Shown: piece after piece, positions 48,379-58,517 of the stretch | Layout: the number at the start of each line of letters is the position of its first letter | How positions within the stretch are numbered: position 1 is the first letter of the stretch | Source: a virus | Lineage: Duplodnaviria; Caudoviricetes | Length of the DNA: 64,000 bases | Direction: 5' to 3' (one strand) | Virus record (IMG/VR): IMGVR_UViG_3300015610_000633 | Span: 9,700 to 73,699 of that record | The notes under the pieces: model-generated | What the model saw: the letters and a program-made list of their open reading frames with translations, nothing else | The model's database searches: none | What the model was told of the DNA's origin: nothing | Translations under genes and position numbers: made by a program

Positions 48379-48941
48379 GGCACCTTTTCAAGTTCTCTTG
48401 TTACTTCGGCTTCAAGTATCTTCGGTGCAAACACCATAGTTCGCCGAAGTATCCCACGGCCCCCCAAAATGCCCTTGCCACCCGATCCGCCGTGTATGCC
48501 TGTCTTCTTCATGTTCGTAGCAATGGCCCATGCAATAGCCATCGCTTGTTGAACACCCGGCTTCGTGACAAGAACCGGCCCGCCTTGGGTGTTCTTGGTT
48601 GTTCCGCCTATGCCCTTTCGTCGCACCCATTCGGCTAGTGCTTCGATCATAGCTCGACCGATCTTCACCTTCTTCGGGTTCACCCCGTACTCGATAAACG
48701 CGGCCCATGGTACCCAGTTGCGCAAGCGCGCCCCATTGTCGATAAGGTCAACAGCCCAACCCGCCCGAAACAACCCGCGATCAACCGGTTGCGGTATCGT
48801 TCGGGGTATTGTCTCGGTTATGATTAGTTGTTGAATACGAAACGCAGCGGCACGAACACCACGCAAAGCAGCCTCACGGTTAGCTTGCGCTATTCGATCA
48901 AGTTCTTGATTTACTTTCTTGAGGGATACCGCGTGTTTCAT
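48375..48941 (-). CDS. Neck / tail completion protein (HK97 gp10-like)
   Basis: PVDRGLFRAGW and YA-like WAAFIEYG motifs. Confidence 0.75.
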   Translation of the reverse strand: MKHAVSLKKVNQELDRIAQANREAALRGVRAAAFRIQQLIITETIPRTIPQPVDRGLFRAGWAVDLIDNGARLRNWVPWAAFIEYGVNPKKVKIGRAMIEALAEWVRRKGIGGTTKNTQGGPVLVTKPGVQQAMAIAWAIATNMKKTGIHGGSGGKGILGGRGILRRTMVFAPKILEAEVTRELEKVP

Positions 48942-49477
48942 TCATCGGGTGTTCTACCACTTCGATCGGGATCTTCCGAAACCCGTTCAAGTATTAGTTC
49001 CCATGAAATGGCACTTTCATTGCGCCACGGTTTAGCGGCAAGCCTAAACCGTTGACGTAGTGGCGCGCGATCTCCCCTGCCATCTTCTGCGATCTCGTAA
49101 TAAAAACGATATGGTTCAGGTACGCGTTCTTCATGTGGTTCGGGTATCCACAAGCCTTCGAGTTCGTCTGCTGTGAAAGACAAACTCACGTTCTGAACAC
49201 GCTGCGAACCCACTGGCATTATGCCCCCGGTGACCGCTGCAAACGAGATCGCGTTCATCGGCCCAACCTTGGGCGTAGGTAGTATTTCTTTGCGTCTAAT
49301 CTCAACCTCACGCCCTTCACCGCGTTCGCTTCCCGTGTATTTAGTCCAAACCAAAAACACCCGTTGAGAACGCAACCCAAAGTTGACCGGGATCTGACGA
49401 ACACGATCAACAGTTTTTTGCAACCTGTTCACAAGCGAGTGTTTCGCTTGATCGGGGGTTAGTGGTTTGATCTTCAT
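48938..49477 (-). CDS. Head closure protein
   Basis: Synteny in the head-tail joining cluster. Confidence 0.6.
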   Translation of the reverse strand: MKIKPLTPDQAKHSLVNRLQKTVDRVRQIPVNFGLRSQRVFLVWTKYTGSERGEGREVEIRRKEILPTPKVGPMNAISFAAVTGGIMPVGSQRVQNVSLSFTADELEGLWIPEPHEERVPEPYRFYYEIAEDGRGDRAPLRQRFRLAAKPWRNESAISWELILERVSEDPDRSGRTPDE

Positions 49478-49683
49478 CGCTTAGCCCATTGTTCGGCAAT
49501 GAGTTTATCGATGCTTCGATCAATGTCTTCGTGGTTCTCTTCTGAAATCAACGCGAGTGTGACCGCTTTACCTTCATCAGTCTTAGACCACCCAACAAGG
49601 GCTTTTTGAAACTCTTCTTCGAGATCGGGGAACTGTTCGATCAAGAAAGAAGCGAATGAAATGACGGCGGCTAGAGCGTTCAT
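49474..49683 (-). CDS. Small hypothetical protein
   Basis: 69 aa coupled to the lipoprotein gene. Confidence 0.55.
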   Translation of the reverse strand: MNALAAVISFASFLIEQFPDLEEEFQKALVGWSKTDEGKAVTLALISEENHEDIDRSIDKLIAEQWAKR

Positions 49684-50129
49684 TTTTTGGTACCTTTCAA
49701 CGTCGAGAAGAGTTCAGCGGTTTCGCGTTGTGCTTGTGCAAACTGCTCAATCATCTTCAACGCTTTAGGAACTTCGGTGGCATTCAACGATTGATCAAGG
49801 GTCAACTTCAATACCTTGTTCAACTCGCGCAACTGGTCGAACTTCACCCATAGGGGAGCCCAACGATCGCGAACACGTTTCACCCTCGCCACAACTTCGG
49901 CTTCGGTGGTTTTCTCTTGAACAGCTTGAACGACAACCGCGCGTTGCTCTGCTTCATAAGCAACTTCTGCAGTTGATTGGAACACTTCAAGAACAGAGAT
50001 CGCACGATTTGATTCGCGTACTATTTCTTCACGTGCGTATTCAGCTTTGGTCAAATACGAACAAGAAGCCGTTGATGTTATCAACATCAGACTGAAAACC
50101 AGTGTTGCTCTGAAACCGAACGTTTTCAT
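49680..50129 (-). CDS. Putative lipoprotein
   Basis: Basic N-terminus, hydrophobic stretch, TASC lipobox-like site, helical body. Confidence 0.6.
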   Translation of the reverse strand: MKTFGFRATLVFSLMLITSTASCSYLTKAEYAREEIVRESNRAISVLEVFQSTAEVAYEAEQRAVVVQAVQEKTTEAEVVARVKRVRDRWAPLWVKFDQLRELNKVLKLTLDQSLNATEVPKALKMIEQFAQAQRETAELFSTLKGTKK

Positions 50130-50533
50130 GAATGCACCTTTGCGTTGAGTGATCGCCCGAAGGCTCGTTTGTCAAACGGGTTAGGGATCACACCTAGCAA
50201 GTTACCTAGTGATTGTCGCCACCAATCATATTGTGTTTGATATTCTGTCATCAACTTACGATTGACTTCGATGTCACCAACACGGTTGACACTAAGTAGA
50301 TCAAGGTTCTCAACCATTGCACAACGTATAGTGTTGAGAACTCCAAGGTGTTGACGAACGGTGGCCAAAGCTTCGGGCAAGATCTTATTCATTGCCCCTT
50401 CAATCAAAAAACTTTGCTCGACAGCAGCGGGTACACCGAGTTGATAGGTTAGAACGCTTGAAACGTTCATGAACCCCATGTGATCGCGTATTTGTGCGCG
50501 TTCTTCAAGCGTCAATGCAGCGGGATCGGACAT
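50126..50533 (-). CDS. Head-tail adaptor protein
   Basis: LTLEERAQIRDHMGF N-terminus; synteny. Confidence 0.65.
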   Translation of the reverse strand: MSDPAALTLEERAQIRDHMGFMNVSSVLTYQLGVPAAVEQSFLIEGAMNKILPEALATVRQHLGVLNTIRCAMVENLDLLSVNRVGDIEVNRKLMTEYQTQYDWWRQSLGNLLGVIPNPFDKRAFGRSLNAKVHS

Positions 50534-50550
50534 ACAGCAAAGATTGACTC

Positions 50551-50940
50551 TTACTCGTCAGAAGTCGACTCTTCTTCACTCGACTCTTCTTCACTTGATG
50601 GTGGTTCTTCGGGTGGTGTTAGGTCCGTTAGTTGAATACCCTGCAACAACAGCTTGTCGATGTCGTAATCACACGAACGAATGATCTTACCCGGTCGAAG
50701 TGGTGTTCTAATGCCATCAATCACCACATACCCACCGACATCAACACGGTATCGTTTAGGTTGAACGACCGCTTCTTGTTTCGATCTCGCTACGGGTTTC
50801 GCTGACAAGATCGAAACATCATGTTGATCGGTGGGTGGTTCACCCGAAGTACCCCCCGCTGCTGATACCGCGGCGGCCTGGTTTTTCATGCCATCTTCAA
50901 GGTGTTGTTGTTGTTGCTGAACTGGTTTATTGCGCGCCAT
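50551..50940 (-). CDS. Hypothetical virion-module protein
   Basis: Start MARNK at 50940 after a palindrome; acidic SEEES repeats. Confidence 0.6.
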   Translation of the reverse strand: MARNKPVQQQQQHLEDGMKNQAAAVSAAGGTSGEPPTDQHDVSILSAKPVARSKQEAVVQPKRYRVDVGGYVVIDGIRTPLRPGKIIRSCDYDIDKLLLQGIQLTDLTPPEEPPSSEEESSEEESTSDE

Positions 50941-50959
50941 TTTTTCGTTCTCCGTTCTT

Positions 50960-50979
50960 ACGTCTAACCGGGTAAACGT
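50960..50979. repeat. Quasi-palindrome, copy 12 (one mismatch)
   Basis: ACGTCTAACCGGGTAAACGT. Confidence 0.9.
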
Positions 50980-51263
50980 CAAAGAAGATCTTTGATTCTA
51001 CCTATCAACAAGCGGATCGCTAGCTCGTTATTATCGCCTTTCGATCTTCGTTTGATCACCGTTGCTAGTTCGTCCGTTAGTGATGAACCAATTGAAGCGT
51101 AGTTCATCACATAACTGTCACCATTGTAGTTATTCCAAATAGCATCGGCATGCTTTGAATCGGTCGAACTAACGATCGTATCACCCGGTTTGAACGTTTG
51201 ACTAGTGCCATCAAACACCGCTGTGAAGCCTACGAGAACAAGCATTTTTGCAGGTGCAGACAT
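50979..51263 (-). CDS. Hypothetical protein downstream of MCP
   Basis: Start MSAPAK at 51263; TGA overlaps a palindrome. Confidence 0.6.
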   Translation of the reverse strand: MSAPAKMLVLVGFTAVFDGTSQTFKPGDTIVSSTDSKHADAIWNNYNGDSYVMNYASIGSSLTDELATVIKRRSKGDNNELAIRLLIGRIKDLL

Positions 51264-51277
51264 GTTGTGTTTACTCC

Positions 51278-51303
51278 AAAAAGAAAGGCCCCCGAAGGGC
51301 CTT
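51278..51303 (-). terminator. Rho-independent terminator after MCP
   Basis: AAGGCCC-TTCG-GGGGCCTT followed by TCTTTTTT. Confidence 0.85.
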
Positions 51304-51331
51304 GTTGTGGTTGTGGGTAACTGCGAACTAA

Positions 51332-52723
51332 TCAACCGATTGCGTGCTCAATCGCGATCGCTCGCTTGAAGCGTTGCGGACCACCCGCCCCGATATCCGA
51401 AGGCACCGGGAACGATGTTGAGATTGACCACGTTGTTGCAACGATATCTTGCAAACGGTTTTGTGGTGCGCGCATGATCAACCGAATGCGATCGGTACTG
51501 ACTTGAATGTTGTTGTTGATGATGTCGAACTCGCCTTGCTTGCCGTTCAACCCGGCTTCGCTCACGTAGTTCGTCGCTTCATCAAGCCCACGTTCATAAA
51601 TGCAGTGACGACCGGTGAGGATCATACGACCGATCAACGTACCATCTTCGTTGATGGTTTCTGCACCGATGTCGCGGCTGTACTGTGCATTGGTACCCGT
51701 TGAGACTGCAGTACCCGAGTTCACAGAATCGGGGGATTCTGTGTTCATGATGAACATGACGCCGCCAAGTGTACCGATGAAGCCCTCGCGATATATCGCA
51801 TGTTCAGGCAACGCAGTGTTCAAACGTTGGAACGCGGGATCTGCGAACACTTGCGCGTTAGCAAGTGGCGAAATGTGGCAGTGAAACAAACCGTCCGGAT
51901 GCGGTTGAACGTTTGCTTGGCGTAGGTACGCCGTAGCGTTGATCGCGTCTTGCAATGAGAAGATATCGCCCGGCCCGATGGCATCGATCGAAGCACCACC
52001 ACCCGCGCGAAGAACGCGAGGCGCAGCGGATGAAGTAACGGCAACGCGAGCGGCAACACCCGAACCACCGAGAGCAGCCGACAAGAACAAGGTACCCGGC
52101 CCGCTTGGATCGGTAGGATCATCGGGCAAAGCACCGATCACATTACGGTTGCCGATACCCGCGATTTTGACCTGCAAGGGGTAAGCAGGGGATACGGGCA
52201 TAGCACGTGCCGATTGCAAAACGATCAACACATCGGTGAAGCCGTTGAGCGCTGCAACGTGAATGGTTGTTGCACCCGCACCGGCTGACTCAGTTGTTAC
52301 TGTATGACCCGACAAATACGACTTGAAGAGTTGATTACGTGGCAAACGGTTGACCGATTGACCGGCCTGCAATCCGAGCGTTTGAATATTGCGCATAAAC
52401 AGGTTAGCCGCAGCGGTTGCGCTTGTCGGCATCTGTGTATCCATGGTGTCAGCGTAACGGCCTAGTGTAGCCGTCCACTGCTCATACGTTGGGGTTTTCG
52501 GTGAAGGGTCAGTACCGGGTGTGATTGGGGTTGTGTTGGGTGGCAACAAACCCGCGCGAGACATCACGATTTCTTCACCGGTGTTAGCCCCCCACTCTTC
52601 GAAGGTTGCTTCTTGTCGATATGCGAGGGTTGGAAACAACGCATCATGAAAGCCGCGTTCGATCAACCCTTTTTGAACCATGTCGAGAATAACTGGGGGA
52701 ATGCCTACGACTACGCCTGCCAT
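51332..52723 (-). CDS. Major capsid protein
   Basis: 463 aa after the scaffold gene; FIGTLGGVMFIMNT; followed by a strong terminator. Confidence 0.85.
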   Translation of the reverse strand: MAGVVVGIPPVILDMVQKGLIERGFHDALFPTLAYRQEATFEEWGANTGEEIVMSRAGLLPPNTTPITPGTDPSPKTPTYEQWTATLGRYADTMDTQMPTSATAAANLFMRNIQTLGLQAGQSVNRLPRNQLFKSYLSGHTVTTESAGAGATTIHVAALNGFTDVLIVLQSARAMPVSPAYPLQVKIAGIGNRNVIGALPDDPTDPSGPGTLFLSAALGGSGVAARVAVTSSAAPRVLRAGGGASIDAIGPGDIFSLQDAINATAYLRQANVQPHPDGLFHCHISPLANAQVFADPAFQRLNTALPEHAIYREGFIGTLGGVMFIMNTESPDSVNSGTAVSTGTNAQYSRDIGAETINEDGTLIGRMILTGRHCIYERGLDEATNYVSEAGLNGKQGEFDIINNNIQVSTDRIRLIMRAPQNRLQDIVATTWSISTSFPVPSDIGAGGPQRFKRAIAIEHAIG

Positions 52724-52850
52724 GTGTTTAGACCTTTCGTGTGAGATTGTCTCAGCCTTGAAGGGTCCGACTATTAGAAACCGGTCGTTCGGCGTAGGCT
52801 AGACTTAGTACCCTTGAACGACGCCCCCTAGCGCCGTCAAGTTCCAAACA

Positions 52851-53738
52851 TCAAACGTTGATACCCATCGACTTCTTGAGTTGTTCGAACTCTTGTTTGG
52901 TCATCGAGTTCGGCTTACCCGGTCGAACGTCTTTACCGTTGATCATCGTGGGTGCATTGGTTCCCGAAGGTTGCGGTGTTGGCCGCGCACCTTTCGGCCC
53001 CGTCGTTACCCCTACTTTCGGTTTAGCTTGCGGTTTAGGTGCAGGCTTAGGGTCAGCAGCGGGTACACTCGGTGCGACCGGTGAAGCGGCATACACGGGG
53101 TTTTTTTGAATGTACTTCTTGAACCATTGTTCAAGGTGTTTTTCGGTGAACTGTGACAACTGCTTTTCTGTGTAGTTACTGGTCAAGTCTTCGGCCAAGT
53201 CGCGCAACACATGCCTAGCGTAAGCCATGTTGATGTGTTTTGCGGCTATACCCTTGATCATACTACCGGCTTCGGCTGCCGTCGTTTGACGTTGAAGCTT
53301 GTTGTATTTTTGCTGCCACGTTTGAAGCTCTTTGCGCGCGTCTTCAGTAGCTTTTCGTTCGCGCTCGATTTCACTCATGCGCGCCTTCTCTGCTTCTTCG
53401 CGCTCTTTCTTCATCGACTCATACTCAGTCTTCATCTTCAAAACTTCTTGAACGTTATCCGTTCCAAAAAGTTTTTTCAGTTGCGACCTTTGAAGTCGAT
53501 TCATGCGCTCGATGAACGCGTCATATGGCAGAGAAATCAAACCCTTCTCATCCATACGTTGCGTTACATCTTTCATATCATCGGGCAGAAGCCTCGCTAC
53601 GTCATCGCGACTTAGCGAAGGCTTAGGCGATGGTTTATCAACAGGCTTAGTTTCGGGTTTTTCAGGCGATGATGGTGGCGCCACACCATCGCCCGCGGGT
53701 GCTTGTTGTTGCTGCTGTGTAGGGTTGGGTTCAGGCAT
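52851..53738 (-). CDS. Capsid scaffolding protein
   Basis: Coiled-coil core, Pro-rich tail, C-terminal MTKQEFEQLKK; directly upstream of MCP. Confidence 0.8.
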   Translation of the reverse strand: MPEPNPTQQQQQAPAGDGVAPPSSPEKPETKPVDKPSPKPSLSRDDVARLLPDDMKDVTQRMDEKGLISLPYDAFIERMNRLQRSQLKKLFGTDNVQEVLKMKTEYESMKKEREEAEKARMSEIERERKATEDARKELQTWQQKYNKLQRQTTAAEAGSMIKGIAAKHINMAYARHVLRDLAEDLTSNYTEKQLSQFTEKHLEQWFKKYIQKNPVYAASPVAPSVPAADPKPAPKPQAKPKVGVTTGPKGARPTPQPSGTNAPTMINGKDVRPGKPNSMTKQEFEQLKKSMGINV

Positions 53739-53758
53739 TTTTCAAAGCTCCGTTGTTC

Positions 53759-53778
53759 ACGTCTAACCGGGTAGACGT
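53759..53778. repeat. Quasi-palindrome, copy 13 (upstream of scaffold gene)
   Basis: ACGTCTAACCGGGTAGACGT. Confidence 0.95.
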
Positions 53779-53787
53779 GAAGGGATA

Positions 53788-54462
53788 TCAGATCAACGCT
53801 GACTCTGCTAGCAGAGTCTCATGTGCATTCACGCTTGGATACATCAAGAACGACAACTTGCATGATGTAACCGCATCGGTGTTTTTGAAGTTCACCGTGT
53901 TCTTGTTGAGTGCAAGTGCGCACTCTTGAGAACTCAACGAGGCGCCTGGTTTATCAACATATTGTCGACCGGTAACGGTACCGGTGAGCGCTTCGGCTTT
54001 CACGAGCATCAACACCTTGCCCTGATATCGTGTCGGGATCGTTGCTGCGTTTGAAGACACAGTAAGTTCAAGATCTTCAACAAGATCGCCATACACCGGG
54101 TGATAACACACATCAACCAATGTGTAAGCATCGGCGGCTGCTGTAACGATATCCCCATCGGGTGAAACTGCGATCTCACCCGCGCCGGGAATGGTACCCG
54201 AAGCAACAACGGTAAGCGGGCCACATGTACCCGTACCGGTTCGCGCGTATGCGCTCACGATGCTTGCAGCTTTGGCGTTGTTGGGTAGCGCGATTGTGTC
54301 GACAGTTGCAGGCTTGCCAGTGGCACCAACGGCGGGCACTGCACCATAAGCCCAAACAGTCAGAAGAAGAGTTAGCGCGGTGCCAAGTTTGATCGCTCGA
54401 AAACCATCACCCATCTGGCCAAGATTGCCGCGATCAAGTGCGTTTGAAAGTGAGTTCGTCAT
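53788..54462 (-). CDS. Putative head decoration / structural protein
   Basis: Ala/Thr/Val beta-rich 224 aa in the head module. Confidence 0.55.
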   Translation of the reverse strand: MTNSLSNALDRGNLGQMGDGFRAIKLGTALTLLLTVWAYGAVPAVGATGKPATVDTIALPNNAKAASIVSAYARTGTGTCGPLTVVASGTIPGAGEIAVSPDGDIVTAAADAYTLVDVCYHPVYGDLVEDLELTVSSNAATIPTRYQGKVLMLVKAEALTGTVTGRQYVDKPGASLSSQECALALNKNTVNFKNTDAVTSCKLSFLMYPSVNAHETLLAESALI

Positions 54463-54514
54463 GATGTTCAGTCGTTCCCTATGAGGTAGTTAGTGGTTGC
54501 CCGTTTGAGTTACT

Positions 54515-54925
54515 TCATTGATTGCCCGATACCAAGAGTTCGACACTACCCGAACCCTTGACTTCGAGTTTTTTCAAATATTTCGTATCACCGCATTCGT
54601 GAACCCAAACACCATAAACGGGGAACTCAGCAACAAGATCCGCGTCGGGTGTGTTGTCGTACGTAGCCTTCACCATGAACGGTGAGTTAGTTTTCAAATA
54701 GACGGTGTTTGCATGGGTTACGGTATCATCTTCACCGACCCCGGTAAGTTGCGCATAAGCGCTAGGGCTCGACACTTGCCGAACGCTAGGGCCTGCGTAC
54801 ACAACCGCCGACTTGGGTGAAGGCGACAAGGCCAGGGGTATGCTTGCTGCCCCGTTAGGGAACCCACAAACGCCGCTTCCGGGTGGTGTTACAACGATTG
54901 TACCTTCAAGTGAGATCTGGCTCAT
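54515..54925 (-). CDS. Hypothetical virion protein
   Basis: 136 aa, beta-rich. Confidence 0.6.
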   Translation of the reverse strand: MSQISLEGTIVVTPPGSGVCGFPNGAASIPLALSPSPKSAVVYAGPSVRQVSSPSAYAQLTGVGEDDTVTHANTVYLKTNSPFMVKATYDNTPDADLVAEFPVYGVWVHECGDTKYLKKLEVKGSGSVELLVSGNQ

Positions 54926-54929
54926 GTCG

Positions 54930-55307
54930 CTACGTTCCTAACATCGGGATGTCGTTATCAACCTGTTCAACACCCGCGAAGTCTGGTGTTGCGGTTGAGC
55001 CTGCACTTTCGCCGATCAACTTGAACGGCTTCTTACCCGCTTCACCGGGCTTGTTGTACACCTGTCGGGTTGTGGTGCTTGCAAACGGCAAGCGTCCACC
55101 CGCGGGTACTGTGTCTTGATTGATGCCACCTGCACCCATTGGTTGCGGGGCGGGCTTCTCTGCTGTGAAGTCGCGACCCCCACCCTTTCGACCGTTCCCG
55201 GTTGGGTTAGTCAAAAAGTTGTTACCACCCGATGAAGCGCCAAGTGATGTTGCACCCGCGCCGTTGCCAAAGGGGGATTCACTGCCGTTACCTGGATTTT
55301 CAGCCAT
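54930..55307 (-). CDS. Gly/Pro-rich hypothetical protein
   Basis: 125 aa, low complexity; in-frame TTA at 54939, three codons before TAG. Confidence 0.6.
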   Translation of the reverse strand: MAENPGNGSESPFGNGAGATSLGASSGGNNFLTNPTGNGRKGGGRDFTAEKPAPQPMGAGGINQDTVPAGGRLPFASTTTRQVYNKPGEAGKKPFKLIGESAGSTATPDFAGVEQVDNDIPMLGT

Positions 55308-55328
55308 GATTCGATGCCTTTCGTGTTT

Positions 55329-55607
55329 TCAGATCTTGAATGGTCGATGAGTTTTTTCGATCGGTGGATACGGGTTTTCAGGCGTATACATCGGGCGTTG
55401 TGGGTGATCTTCCATTCGGCCCGATACATCGATCGGCGATGGATCACCAACTAGGCGATCGGGTACCTGCGATTCTGTCGCAGCTTCCGCAACGGTTTCA
55501 CCTTCTTCGTACGCATGACCGATGATCATACTCAACCCCGGTTCTTTCACACGAGTACCTTTCGTTGGTTGTGCCTGTACCGGGTGAAGTTTGAAAGGTG
55601 GTGCCAT
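55329..55607 (-). CDS. Pro-rich hypothetical protein
   Basis: 92 aa; ends PFKI, echoing the PFKL motifs of the neighbouring small proteins. Confidence 0.55.
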   Translation of the reverse strand: MAPPFKLHPVQAQPTKGTRVKEPGLSMIIGHAYEEGETVAEAATESQVPDRLVGDPSPIDVSGRMEDHPQRPMYTPENPYPPIEKTHRPFKI

Positions 55608-55642
55608 GCGTTGAAGGTGTTCTTGAACTTTAGAACCGTCAA

Positions 55643-56686
55643 CTATCGTGTTGACTGTTTACCAAACTTTTCGATCTCTATTGTGGTCATTTCGGGGCGG
55701 GGTGGCACTGGTCGTTTGTTTCCAAGCGCTCGCCATCGTGCCGCTATTTCACCGTCAGACTTCCACGCAAGGTATGGCGGGATCGGCCATGCAACCCGGT
55801 GAGGCACAATCACTTCACGGTCGTTAGGTCGCGCGGGTGGGTGTTGAATCAACCCTTGCCAAGTATCAAACGCTTCTTCTGTTTTTCGGATCTGACCATG
55901 AACCGCATAGCTGTCTGCACCGGTACGATTGTCAAAGGTCGCACACAAGATCTTGCACATATCACCCAACTCTTCATCAACGCCGCGCATCACTTCCCAG
56001 TTAGCTCGATTGTATGCCCCGATTGTTTCGGTTCTTACAATGCGTTCAGCCCAATAAAGCGGCGCATCTTGCAAAAATGGCGACTCAGTAATCAATGATT
56101 CACGAACGTCTTTCCAAGCTTTGCGTGTAATCAAACCAACTTGAAGTTGTTGTTCAAACTTGCCAATCACCGCTTCACCGTAACGTTCGAGAATACCCCG
56201 CCCCGGCTTGTTGGGTTCGGGCGCAGCGGCAAGCCTTCGCAAGATTGAAGAGTTCACACCACGCCTTGCATTATCCAACACTGCAACGGTTTTGATGTTC
56301 GGGATCTCATCGTATCCACCGAACGCCTGACCCGCTTCGCTAAGGTAACTAAACATTGTATCGGTTGCTTGTTCGGCGGCTTGCTCACCTTGATCGATCA
56401 ATGTTTTTTTCAAGCCACCTTTCAACGTAGTCAATGACTCGCGAATGGTCTTCAACGTCAACCGCATTTGTTCCTGTGTAAACGTACGATTGCTAGCTAC
56501 ACCGCCCAAACCATCGGTTGATAGCAGTCGATAGCTAAGGTCGCGTTCTGCTTCTTGCAACAACACACGCGCACGCTCAACCCCGACTTGTTGCGAAAGC
56601 TTTACGGCATCATCACGAGAACCCTTCAAGACATCAAGCAAGTCTTGAGGGTTACTTCGTGCGTAACCCTTCTTGACGGTGGCCAT
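55643..56686 (-). CDS. Head morphogenesis protein (Mu gpF / SPP1 gp7-like)
   Basis: AERIVRTETIGAYNRA and HPPARPNDREVIVP motifs. Confidence 0.9.
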   Translation of the reverse strand: MATVKKGYARSNPQDLLDVLKGSRDDAVKLSQQVGVERARVLLQEAERDLSYRLLSTDGLGGVASNRTFTQEQMRLTLKTIRESLTTLKGGLKKTLIDQGEQAAEQATDTMFSYLSEAGQAFGGYDEIPNIKTVAVLDNARRGVNSSILRRLAAAPEPNKPGRGILERYGEAVIGKFEQQLQVGLITRKAWKDVRESLITESPFLQDAPLYWAERIVRTETIGAYNRANWEVMRGVDEELGDMCKILCATFDNRTGADSYAVHGQIRKTEEAFDTWQGLIQHPPARPNDREVIVPHRVAWPIPPYLAWKSDGEIAARWRALGNKRPVPPRPEMTTIEIEKFGKQSTR

Positions 56687-58517
56687 GGTGCTCTAACCCT
56701 CCCGGTGGTCCCGGTGGATCTTTGATGAGATCGGGTTCGTCTTCTTCAACTACGTTTTCGGGTAGTTCTGTCGGTGGTGCAGGTGGTTTCTTGTCTGCCC
56801 CATCGGGTAGCTCGTCACGATGGGATACAACCCCGCCCGCATCACCGGGGAACATTGCGCCAAGTTGATTTTGTTCATCGATCGCTTGTTGCTTCAATGC
56901 CCTGAACTCTTCATCAGGGTTCAAGTCATATGCTTGTGCGACTTGCGCTACTGCTGTGCGATGACTTAGCACTGGTTTTTGACCCGCAGCGGCTTGTGCT
57001 GATGTTGCGATCGCTTGTTGATCAAGTGGGGTTGCTTTGAAGTATGACCCCCACTTGAACCCGATCTTGCCACCATTGCCCGGTTCTCGTTCGATGGGTA
57101 CGAACTCTTCTTCACCAGTGAGTTCACCCATTTCATCGGTTAGTTGTATCTTTTCAAACTTTGGGGGAAGCATCAAAACTTCTTCACCTTCAACCGGGTT
57201 ACCCTCATCATCAAGAACAATCACCGTTTGTTTCCACCTGCGTTTTGCACAAGCAAACATGTTCGTGATCATGCGTGTCATACCCCGCCCGTATTGTTGA
57301 CGGAGTATGTCGCACTTCGCAGTCATGGCCGAATAAATCACCTTCAACGCAACGCTTGAAGTGCCTTGCGCTGCAAGCAAATCGGGATCGGGTAGAACGC
57401 ATTCAACAACTTCGAGAACCATCTTTCGAAGTCGATCTATTAGATCCATACCAGCGGTGATCGATGCACCGCCAAGTTCCAAGTATTTAGCGTCTTCATT
57501 AGGGTCAAGAATCAACGCATTGTCTGAACCCTTACGAATGCCCCGCCGTGCAACCATCTCAGCGTCCACGTTGAGCACAAGCGTCGGATCAAGGTTCAAC
57601 ACACCACCACGCGCAACAACCGACGTCAACAGGTCAAGCGTGTCAAAGTTATCATACTGCCCGTCATAATCTGCTTCACCATCGACTTCATCGCTAGGCA
57701 AGTTTTGAATCCATTCGAAGTGACATATACCATCGCCATGTGCGATCGATCGTTCTTGATCGATAACCCACACAGGTTCGCTCACTTGATTATTCGTGAC
57801 AGGGATCTCTTGATAAATGAGATCGAAATCGGGTAGCCAATCACGGCGAAACCAAAACCATTGTTTTTCTACGCGCCGAAGTTGCGGGTTCCATTCGTCG
57901 CGACTGAACCGATACATTTCAATCACGTGTTCGGGGATCAACTCATCACGATCGGCCCACTTGTTGATAAAAATATGTTTGGCGTTGTGCACAGTAAAGC
58001 GAGGCTTACCCTGATGAAAGCACCACGAAATACCAACCGAACCGGTAGAACCACCGAGATCGCGAGCGCGTACCATCTTCGGCATCAACCCGCCTTCATC
58101 GATCAAACATTGAATGAAGTCTTGAGTGTTTTTATCACCGTCAACCGTAACAGTGGGTGAGCGGTGTTCGCTGAACAATAGGTTAGTAAACGCGCGTACA
58201 ATCTTCTTCGCTAGTCGATATGGTGCCGAAGGTCGGCGTTGTCGCAATGGCACCATATGCGATATTTGATCGGTAACTAGCAACGGGTTACTAACCGACC
58301 CTTGCGATACTAGACGCCCATCAAAATCAAAACTTTTATGATTGTGTTGAGTACAAGAAAAATATGACTCTTTGCGGTCAAGCTCCATGAACCGTTCAGA
58401 GTTCACGATCAAGTTGATATTAGGACCGCTACCCATGCCAGCGATGCCCCCATACTGACCGGGATCACCGAGTATCCCTAGCGCTTGACCGGGTGGTAGA
58501 ACGTTCGCGTATGCCAT
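56652..58517 (-). CDS. Portal protein (would end PPGPPGG at TTA 56694-56696)
   Basis: 621 aa upstream of the gpF-like gene; portal-like architecture (SGVALK-like TSSVALKVIY, acidic tail). Confidence 0.85.
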   Translation of the reverse strand: MAYANVLPPGQALGILGDPGQYGGIAGMGSGPNINLIVNSERFMELDRKESYFSCTQHNHKSFDFDGRLVSQGSVSNPLLVTDQISHMVPLRQRRPSAPYRLAKKIVRAFTNLLFSEHRSPTVTVDGDKNTQDFIQCLIDEGGLMPKMVRARDLGGSTGSVGISWCFHQGKPRFTVHNAKHIFINKWADRDELIPEHVIEMYRFSRDEWNPQLRRVEKQWFWFRRDWLPDFDLIYQEIPVTNNQVSEPVWVIDQERSIAHGDGICHFEWIQNLPSDEVDGEADYDGQYDNFDTLDLLTSVVARGGVLNLDPTLVLNVDAEMVARRGIRKGSDNALILDPNEDAKYLELGGASITAGMDLIDRLRKMVLEVVECVLPDPDLLAAQGTSSVALKVIYSAMTAKCDILRQQYGRGMTRMITNMFACAKRRWKQTVIVLDDEGNPVEGEEVLMLPPKFEKIQLTDEMGELTGEEEFVPIEREPGNGGKIGFKWGSYFKATPLDQQAIATSAQAAAGQKPVLSHRTAVAQVAQAYDLNPDEEFRALKQQAIDEQNQLGAMFPGDAGGVVSHRDELPDGADKKPPAPPTELPENVVEEDEPDLIKDPPGPPGGLEHHGHRQEGLRTK

